A stretch of 20,070 bases of DNA from Prochlorococcaceae cyanobacterium jk18x22bins.40 (GTDB lineage Bacteria > Cyanobacteriota > Cyanobacteriia > PCC-6307 > Cyanobiaceae). The notes beneath the pieces were generated by a model. That model searched no databases. It worked only from the letters and a program-made list of their open reading frames with translations, and was not told the origin of the DNA. The stretch lies in assembly GCA_022826155.1 (NCBI GenBank), contig JAJDVL010000005.1, forward strand, positions 1-20,070, written 5' to 3'. The translations under genes were made by a program, and so were the position numbers. Below are positions 1 through 5,520 of the stretch, piece after piece (position 1 is the stretch's first letter; every line of letters begins with the position of its first letter).

Positions 1-1
1 T

Positions 2-586
2 ACCACCATGGGCTGGTTCTTTGGCTTCAAGCTCCATCTGCGCATCAATCACAAGGGCCGGATCATGCCCTTCAGGATTACGGATGGAAGCAGAGACGAC
101 CGCAAACCGCTTGAGGATATGACCGCTGCTCTACAAGGGAAGATCTTTGCTGATCAAGGCCATGTTTCCAAGTCGCTGCTGGAGCGACTCCGGCAACGGG
201 GCCTTCACTTGCTCACCAGCATTCGCCGCAACATGAAGAACGACTTGATACCCATGCTGGACAAAGAGCTGGTGCGCAAACGATTCATTATTGAAACCCT
301 CTTTGACCAGCTTAAGTCCAGCATGGGCCTGGAGCACACCCGACACCGATCCGCCATCACCGCCTTCGTCCACATTCTCTCCTGCCTGGCGGCTTACACC
401 CTGGCACAACCCAAGGTCAACATTGCCAACATCGGTATCCCCAACACCATGCCCAGCATCACAACCTCCTCTTCATCTTATCCAGAATTGAGGTTAACTA
501 CAATTCTCCACCTTCCATTGGCATCTATCGCACGGGATGGGAGATTGAGCAGTTTATATCTGCCTGTAATGTTCCCTTTGAAGTGA
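2..586 (+). mobile_element. IS982-family DDE transposase, C-terminal portion. The 5' end is cut by the window edge, and the ORF runs on past the expected family C-terminus.
   Basis: The frame of ORF 8..586 stays open back to base 2. The translation GWFFGFKLHL..ITDGSRDDR..FADQGHVSK..IRRNMKN..RKRFIIETLFDQLK..LEHTRHRS matches the D-D-E core and the IETxxxxLKxxxxxEHxRHRS tail that I recall for IS982-type transposases. Confidence 0.7.
484..507. repeat. 24-nt imperfect palindrome (agaattg / aggttaacta / caattct) centred on GTTAAC. Possibly an IS terminus or boundary hairpin.
   Basis: Read directly: 484-490 agaattg is the exact reverse complement of 501-507 caattct. It lies where recognisable transposase similarity fades out. 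Confidence 0.45.
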
Positions 587-823
587 GTGGTTCTCGCGTG
601 TCCTTGTTGAGCAACTGTCTTATGGAGCTCAATAACAGCTTCAAAGTCAAGCAGGTGTTCCCACTGGCCGCCACTGTCTTCTTCTGGTGACCTGGGACCT
701 GGCCTATTGCGATGTCTCAGAACTCCCTGACAAACCCATGACCATCAGAGGCAATCATCCCTCCACCAACTTCCTGCTCCCTCTTCTTCCCATTTCTCGT
801 GGTGCCCGTGAGGACGCTCAGTA

Positions 824-1594
824 TTATTGTACATTCATTGATCTTCCTTCCCCTCTTGAAACCCAGAAAACTGGTTCACCTGTCCCCCAAGGCTCCCAGC
901 CGACTTGAAGATTATTCGCAGCGGCAACGGAACGAATCTTCTGATAGGCTGCAAAGCCTTCTTTCTCGAGAATAACATATATTGCTTTATTCTCCGCTGC
1001 TGCTTGATTTAGCCGACGTCTCAGGGAACTATCATCTTTCTCTAAATCTTCTATGGCATATGTGGGTTTCCCTGATCTCTGAGTACGAATCTCAAGACTC
1101 TTAAGAATATCTAATAAATTCTCATAATAATTACCAATATTATTAAGAAAATAACGATCAGAATCAAAAATAATATCAACCAAGGCCGATTTAATTTGGC
1201 TTTTGGCGAATGAATATTCTTCGTTGATAGACTTCGTCTGTTTTTCTATACAATTAATATCATATCGTAGAGAATAAAAGTAATTTGAATAGTCGTAGTC
1301 CAAACATACCCAAGAGACTTTAGAACCTACTGCACGTCGCAACTCGTGCCCCAGATCCCTGGCAGGTTGCAGATCCCAGATGCCAGCCTCACCGGCTTGC
1401 AATACTACAAATTCTTTATAGGTTTCTTGTGCTAATGGTGTACGAATTCTCAGGGAGGCATTGACGACTACGATGGCAGATAAAGCAGCCACCAAGGTGA
1501 GCACTCCCACAAGGTTCGCCAGCACATCCATGATCCCGTCCTGGTCCGGAGGCAGGCCACCAACTGCAGCAGCCTTGCGGCGCCGTCTTTTCAT
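824..1594 (-). CDS. Single-pass membrane protein, ExbD/TolR-like paralogue with a large AT-rich central insertion (third gene of the island operon).
   Basis: ATG at 1592-1594 overlaps the upstream stop (ATGA). It has a basic N-terminus (MKRRRRK) and a TM helix starting IMDVLANLVGVLTLVAALSAIVVV with Asp23 (GAT, 1526-1528). The C-terminal AIYVILEKEGFAAYQKIRSVAAANNLQVGWEPW parallels RYLIIGVRPEGFSDFEALRERAENAGIDIGYEPL of the upstream ORF. Confidence 0.6.
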   Translation of the reverse strand: MKRRRRKAAAVGGLPPDQDGIMDVLANLVGVLTLVAALSAIVVVNASLRIRTPLAQETYKEFVVLQAGEAGIWDLQPARDLGHELRRAVGSKVSWVCLDYDYSNYFYSLRYDINCIEKQTKSINEEYSFAKSQIKSALVDIIFDSDRYFLNNIGNYYENLLDILKSLEIRTQRSGKPTYAIEDLEKDDSSLRRRLNQAAAENKAIYVILEKEGFAAYQKIRSVAAANNLQVGWEPWGTGEPVFWVSRGEGRSMNVQ

Positions 1595-2067
1595 AGGAGT
1601 GCTCCCCCAGGGGCCCGGATTCGCCAGTCCTCATGTAGAGGTTCATAGCCAATGTCGATACCAGCGTTTTCCGCTCGCTCTCGCAGCGCTTCGAAGTCTG
1701 AAAATCCCTCTGGGCGGACACCAATGATTAAGTATCTTGACCTTTTGCTGGCTTGAATCGAGTTGATTAGTGAATCAACACGGGGATCTTCAAGATCTGT
1801 CTGAAAGCTTTCACCACCATCGTGAATCTCGATTAAGTTTGATCCATTGCAGATAATATAACTGGCAGTTCGAGTTTGCTCTTGAAAAGTCAAGGTCTCT
1901 TCCTTGGCTATGAGCTCAATAATCTGATATCCAGATCTCATCTGGCTGATGAGAACTGAGATAATCAGAACAAGCACTCCAACTGTTCCACCAAGGATGT
2001 CGAGGAAGGAGAACAGGCTCACCGGTGGTTTGGACATCCTACGATTAGCAACAATACGCGCCATCAC
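1591..2067 (-). CDS. ExbD/TolR-like single-pass membrane protein (second gene of the island operon). The start is GTG at 2067 or ATG at 2064.
   Basis: A strong SD GGAGGAG (2073-2079, minus strand) lies 8 nt before ATG 2064. The TM helix SLFSFLDILGGTVGVLVLIISVLI carries Asp23 (GAC, 1999-2001), as in the ExbD PLIDV motif. The roughly 100-aa C-terminal domain has the strand-helix-strand pattern and the final AGI..G motif typical of ExbD periplasmic domains. Confidence 0.65.
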   Translation of the reverse strand: MMARIVANRRMSKPPVSLFSFLDILGGTVGVLVLIISVLISQMRSGYQIIELIAKEETLTFQEQTRTASYIICNGSNLIEIHDGGESFQTDLEDPRVDSLINSIQASKRSRYLIIGVRPEGFSDFEALRERAENAGIDIGYEPLHEDWRIRAPGGALL

Positions 2068-3305
2068 TAGTTCTCCTCCACCAGCACAATCTTGCGTGGT
2101 CTGCCCACTTCGGTTAAAGCATTTTTGAGTAGACTTAATGTACTGTTCAGCTCAGTCAAAGATTCATGTAAGTGGGCGCTTGCTTGAAGCTGGGCCAATT
2201 CTGATGAAAGACTGGAGAGCTTGTTAAGCTGTTCCAGTAGGGGCTGAAGGGCATCAACGGAGTTACCCAATCCCTTGGCACTCCTGTCAAGGGCATCACA
2301 GATCTCTTCACCTTGCTGTTGGACGTTTATCCTTGCGGATTCGATCCCGGCGATGGCTTCATCAGCCATTTTATGTAGAGGCTGCAAGTGTTCCACCAGA
2401 TTCCGGGCCGCTTTCTCCGCATAGACCTTGGCTGGCTCCACCAGCACCTCCGGGTTGGGTAAGTGGGTGGTAAATGCGGCAGAGATGGCCCTCTCGAGGG
2501 TGGCTTCGTCGATGCCATCCGTTTCCGGCAAGGCTTCAAGAATCTTATTCCTTAAGTCCAGATCAATCTTCGTCAACAATCGTTGTTCCAGACGTTCAAG
2601 GAGGGTCAGTGGTAGCATAACCACCAGGGAAATTGTCAATGCCAGAAACGTTGTGTCAAAAGCTGTACCCAGACCTTCCGTGACCTGGCTGAGGCCATCT
2701 CTGAGAACATTGAAATCTTCAACTGAGGCGGCAATAAATGATTCAAAACTCCCAATTGCCTCGCCTATGCCCAACACAGTCCCAATAAATCCCAATACAG
2801 GGATAGCCCAAATAAGAATCTTCGGCAGTGCATAACTTGCCTGATAGGCCAGGTCATAGGCTTCAGTGTCATGATCCAGAGTACGCTCCACCTGTGTGGT
2901 GGAGCCACTATCAATCCATAAGGTCAAAAGTTTATTGGTGCGACGGGCCAGGAGACTGGGATCCTGTTCACTGAGGCTGAGCATCATTTCTGCAGTTTCT
3001 CGGCTGGCATCGTTCAGCTTGACAATACTGGATTGATCATGGGCCCTGATTGCCCTGATCAACAGGATCGCCTTGGCCACCAGAAATCCGAGGACCATGC
3101 CTCCGACAATCATACTGATCGGTTGAATCATTCCCCGTTGATGCAGAAGGGCATGGGCCCAGGAATCCGATGGACTTGCTGCTTGCCATAGGATCAATCC
3201 CAGCCCGGCACCTCCCAAGAGCCAATAGGGGGACCGGGGATCCAGGTCACGACGTACGGAAAGACGCTTTTTCTGCCACTGCCGAAAGATCGAACTCCTT
3301 GACAA
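2067..3305 (-). CDS. MotA/TolQ/ExbB-family proton-channel protein with a roughly 170-aa helical or coiled-coil C-terminal extension (first gene of the island operon).
   Basis: It has four predicted TM segments. The core motif PVLGFIGTVLGIGEAI...LSQVTEGLGTAFDTTFLALTISLVVMLP aligns with PLLGLLGTVLGMIKAF...IWEALLTTAVGLGVAIPVV of the ExbB at 19441-20070. The only canonical start is TTG 3303-3305, preceded by GGAG at 3310-3313. An in-frame stop lies at 3369-3371. Confidence 0.75.
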   Translation of the reverse strand: MSRSSIFRQWQKKRLSVRRDLDPRSPYWLLGGAGLGLILWQAASPSDSWAHALLHQRGMIQPISMIVGGMVLGFLVAKAILLIRAIRAHDQSSIVKLNDASRETAEMMLSLSEQDPSLLARRTNKLLTLWIDSGSTTQVERTLDHDTEAYDLAYQASYALPKILIWAIPVLGFIGTVLGIGEAIGSFESFIAASVEDFNVLRDGLSQVTEGLGTAFDTTFLALTISLVVMLPLTLLERLEQRLLTKIDLDLRNKILEALPETDGIDEATLERAISAAFTTHLPNPEVLVEPAKVYAEKAARNLVEHLQPLHKMADEAIAGIESARINVQQQGEEICDALDRSAKGLGNSVDALQPLLEQLNKLSSLSSELAQLQASAHLHESLTELNSTLSLLKNALTEVGRPRKIVLVEEN

Positions 3306-3328
3306 AATGCTCCGATACCAACAATACC

Positions 3329-3337
3329 ATAATAATA
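3329..3337 (-). promoter_or_regulatory. Candidate -10 element(s) (TATTAT, twice, offset by 3 nt) for the island operon.
   Basis: The minus strand reads GTGTATTATTATGG about 25-30 nt upstream of the TTG start, in an AT-rich leader. I see no convincing -35. Confidence 0.2.
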
Positions 3338-3602
3338 CACACAGAGAAAGGGGGTTTAGCCTTGCTACTTAACTAAGGGAAACAGTCCAGGAGTTGATGG
3401 GGATCGACAAGGGAACAGTGGCTTGCTGTTGCCCTGAATCCTGACCAGGGAAACGGGCTCGCCACCCACTCCATGGGACCGTTTCCGAGGGGGAGCCTGG
3501 TCAGCTTCTCCGGTCCGGTCCAGTGTCCTGGAAAGCCCTCCTGGGGGAGGGGAGTGGGCTCTCCCGTGGGAGCATTTGAATTGCCTTGGGGTCTATTGGG
3601 AA

Positions 3603-3689
3603 CGGAGAGGGTGGGATTCGAACCCACGAGGGTTTTGGCCCTACACGATTTCGAGTCGTGCGCAATCAACCGGACTCTGCCACCTCTCC
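3603..3689 (-). tRNA. tRNA-Ser (anticodon CGA), class II with a long variable arm. CCA is not encoded.
   Basis: Manual fold of the reverse complement: acceptor GGAGAGG/CCTCTCC, 3-bp D stem GCA/TGC, anticodon stem CACGA/TCGTG with loop CTCGAAA, variable arm TAGGGCCAAAACCCTC, T arm GTGGG-TTCGAAT-CCCAC, discriminator G. The downstream bases are TTC, not CCA. Confidence 0.9.
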
Positions 3690-3707
3690 CAGGGAAACAG
3701 CCTTAGC

Positions 3708-5402
3708 TTAACGAACCGGGGGCAGCGGCGGCCAGGCATCGAGCAGGGCGGCGCCGTCACCACTGGCCCACCGCCGGGCAGCAGGGCCGATCAGCACTCG
3801 GGCACGGCGGCCACCGGCCACTACCCCATAGGCATGGGCCTCGTAGCTGAGGGGAACCAACATCAATCCCGGACTCTCCAGACGCACCCCGGGCACCAGG
3901 CGCCCGTCACGACCCCGCACCAACTGTTGACTGAGGGAGTCCCAACAGCGGCGCTGCTCCTCGCTCATGCGGTAGGTGACCAGGATCCAGTCAAAGCCGT
4001 CCAGGCCCAGGCGGTGGAGTTCCCGGCGGGCGCGGCGACAAAAGGGTAGCCTCGCGGTGGCGGAAATCAAGGCGGCGCGGCCCCCGTGACGGGCCACCAG
4101 AAAGGGGACGGGCTTCCTGCTGCGTTCCGCAGTGGCGCTGCGCCGCTGGGACCAACCCAGTTGGCGGATCTCATCGGAGAAGCGCATCTGCAACTGCAAG
4201 AGCAGAGCCAACAGCAGGAGCATGGGGGCCAACCATGGCCGCCGCCAGGGGCGACCGGCTGCGCCAGCGGGTCGGGGCACCAGCCACCAGAGGCAGGCCG
4301 TCACCAGCAGGACTGCCGCCAGGGGTACGGGCTGGCCCAGGGGCACTTCCGCCAGGGGCAGGCTGGCCGCGCCATGGACCATCCACAGGAAACACCACAC
4401 CACCAACTGCAACACAGGCCGCACCACCACCAGCAGCCAGCCCGTGAACACCGGCGGCAGCAGCAACACCGGCGCCATGACCATGGCCGCCAGGGTGAGG
4501 GGCGCCAGGACAGGAGTGAGCAGCAGATTGACGGGGATGCCGTAGAGGGGCAGCCGGCCGAAGTGGAGTAGTTGGAGGGGAATGGTCCAACAGGTGGCCG
4601 CCAGGGGGACCGCCATGGCCATGGCCAGGCGCTGGGGCAGCCAACGGCCCAATCCCTCCCCCATGGGTCCTGCCGAGACCACCAGCCCCATGGTGGCCAC
4701 CACACTGAATTGAAAGCCCAGGGATTGCACCCACACCGGCGCAATCAGCAGCATGGCGATGACCGCCACCAACAACACCCCCACAGGCCGTTGGCGGGTC
4801 TTCAAGCTGAGGAGGAGCAGCCCCAGCCCGGCCATGAGCGCGGCCCGCACCACCGAGGGCTGGGGACCGGCCAGGGCGATAAACCCCAGGATCACCACAG
4901 CCCCCAGCCCCAACCGCAGCACCCGCCGCTGCCCGGCCATGAGCAGCACGCTGCTGAGCAACACCGACAGGTGGAACCCTGATGCCGCCAGGGCATGGGA
5001 AAGCCCGGCCCGACGAAAATCCTCCCGGATCATCTCCGGCACCTGGGCCATTTTCTGCCCCATCACCAGGGCAGCCAGCAAGGGACCGGACGGGGAGGAC
5101 AAGGCCTCGGTATAGGACTGCACCAAGTGGCTGCGCACCTGGGCCACCACCGCCACGGCCTGCTGTTCGTCCACAGGGGTGAAGGCGGAACCGGCCACGG
5201 CCAGCTCCGCCCGCCACTGCCCATAGCCCGCAAAGGCCACCACCAGCAGACAAGGCAAGCACCGCACCCCCCAACCCTGCCCACCAGCAAGGCGGGACGT
5301 CAGCAGCAGCAAACCTACCCCCACGGGCAGGGACCAGAAAAACTGCTCCAGACCCCCCAACACCAACCCGGCCAGCACCCCGGCACACCCCAGCCAAAGC
5401 AT
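3708..5402 (-). CDS. comEC: ComEC/Rec2-family polytopic membrane protein (competence-domain core).
   Basis: ATG start at 5400-5402. It is very hydrophobic and multi-TM, and it carries the family signature FRRAGLSHALAASGFHLSVL (compare the ComEC GxxHLLAISGLH motif). Confidence 0.7.
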   Translation of the reverse strand: MLWLGCAGVLAGLVLGGLEQFFWSLPVGVGLLLLTSRLAGGQGWGVRCLPCLLVVAFAGYGQWRAELAVAGSAFTPVDEQQAVAVVAQVRSHLVQSYTEALSSPSGPLLAALVMGQKMAQVPEMIREDFRRAGLSHALAASGFHLSVLLSSVLLMAGQRRVLRLGLGAVVILGFIALAGPQPSVVRAALMAGLGLLLLSLKTRQRPVGVLLVAVIAMLLIAPVWVQSLGFQFSVVATMGLVVSAGPMGEGLGRWLPQRLAMAMAVPLAATCWTIPLQLLHFGRLPLYGIPVNLLLTPVLAPLTLAAMVMAPVLLLPPVFTGWLLVVVRPVLQLVVWCFLWMVHGAASLPLAEVPLGQPVPLAAVLLVTACLWWLVPRPAGAAGRPWRRPWLAPMLLLLALLLQLQMRFSDEIRQLGWSQRRSATAERSRKPVPFLVARHGGRAALISATARLPFCRRARRELHRLGLDGFDWILVTYRMSEEQRRCWDSLSQQLVRGRDGRLVPGVRLESPGLMLVPLSYEAHAYGVVAGGRRARVLIGPAARRWASGDGAALLDAWPPLPPVR

Positions 5403-5520
5403 GGGATCCTCCCCAAGCCATCACTGCCCATGGTTCCCTCACCCTCAGCCCGTGGACACGGGCAAGCAACAGCAAACCGGAGAGCTAACGTCCATGGCAG
5501 CCTGTGCCCCAGCCCGCACC

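Larger units (their letters stand above)
587..3602. other. Compositionally atypical segment between the IS982 remnant and the 3' end of tRNA-Ser. Putative horizontally acquired island carrying the MotA/ExbB-like operon.
   Basis: Hand counts of 60-nt lines give 15/60 G+C for 1081-1140, 24/60 for 2101-2160 and 27/60 for 2761-2820, versus 43/60 for 4201-4260 in the neighbouring comEC-like gene. It is flanked by a transposase fragment and a tRNA gene. Confidence 0.55.

Noticed and set aside
687-908. A 73-aa plus-strand ORF in the gap between the IS remnant and the island operon.
   Set aside because: It has a GTG start and no SD. It overlaps the 3' end of the 824..1594 gene on the opposite strand, and its translation is featureless.
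3541-3602. Loose resemblance of gggaggggagtgggctctcccgtgggagcatttgaattgcc to the tRNA 3' half (ggagagggtgggattcgaaccc), as a possible att duplicate.
   Set aside because: The similarity needs a 15-nt insertion and several mismatches, and no matching copy occurs near the other island end (587-823). It is probably chance.
3373-3669. A 98-aa ORF (and 3473..3706, 3576..4049 on the plus strand) spanning the tRNA-Ser gene.
   Set aside because: These ORFs overlap a well-folding tRNA and run into comEC antisense sequence. They have no motifs and are most likely spurious.
4171-5475. A 434-aa ORF, plus several 60-160-aa ORFs on both strands (for example 4086..4571, 4572..4982 and 4995..5537), overlapping the comEC-like gene.
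   Set aside because: They are alternate frames of a roughly 70% GC gene. The translations are Gly/Arg/Pro/Ala low-complexity strings with no motifs. Stop-codon scarcity at high GC explains them.
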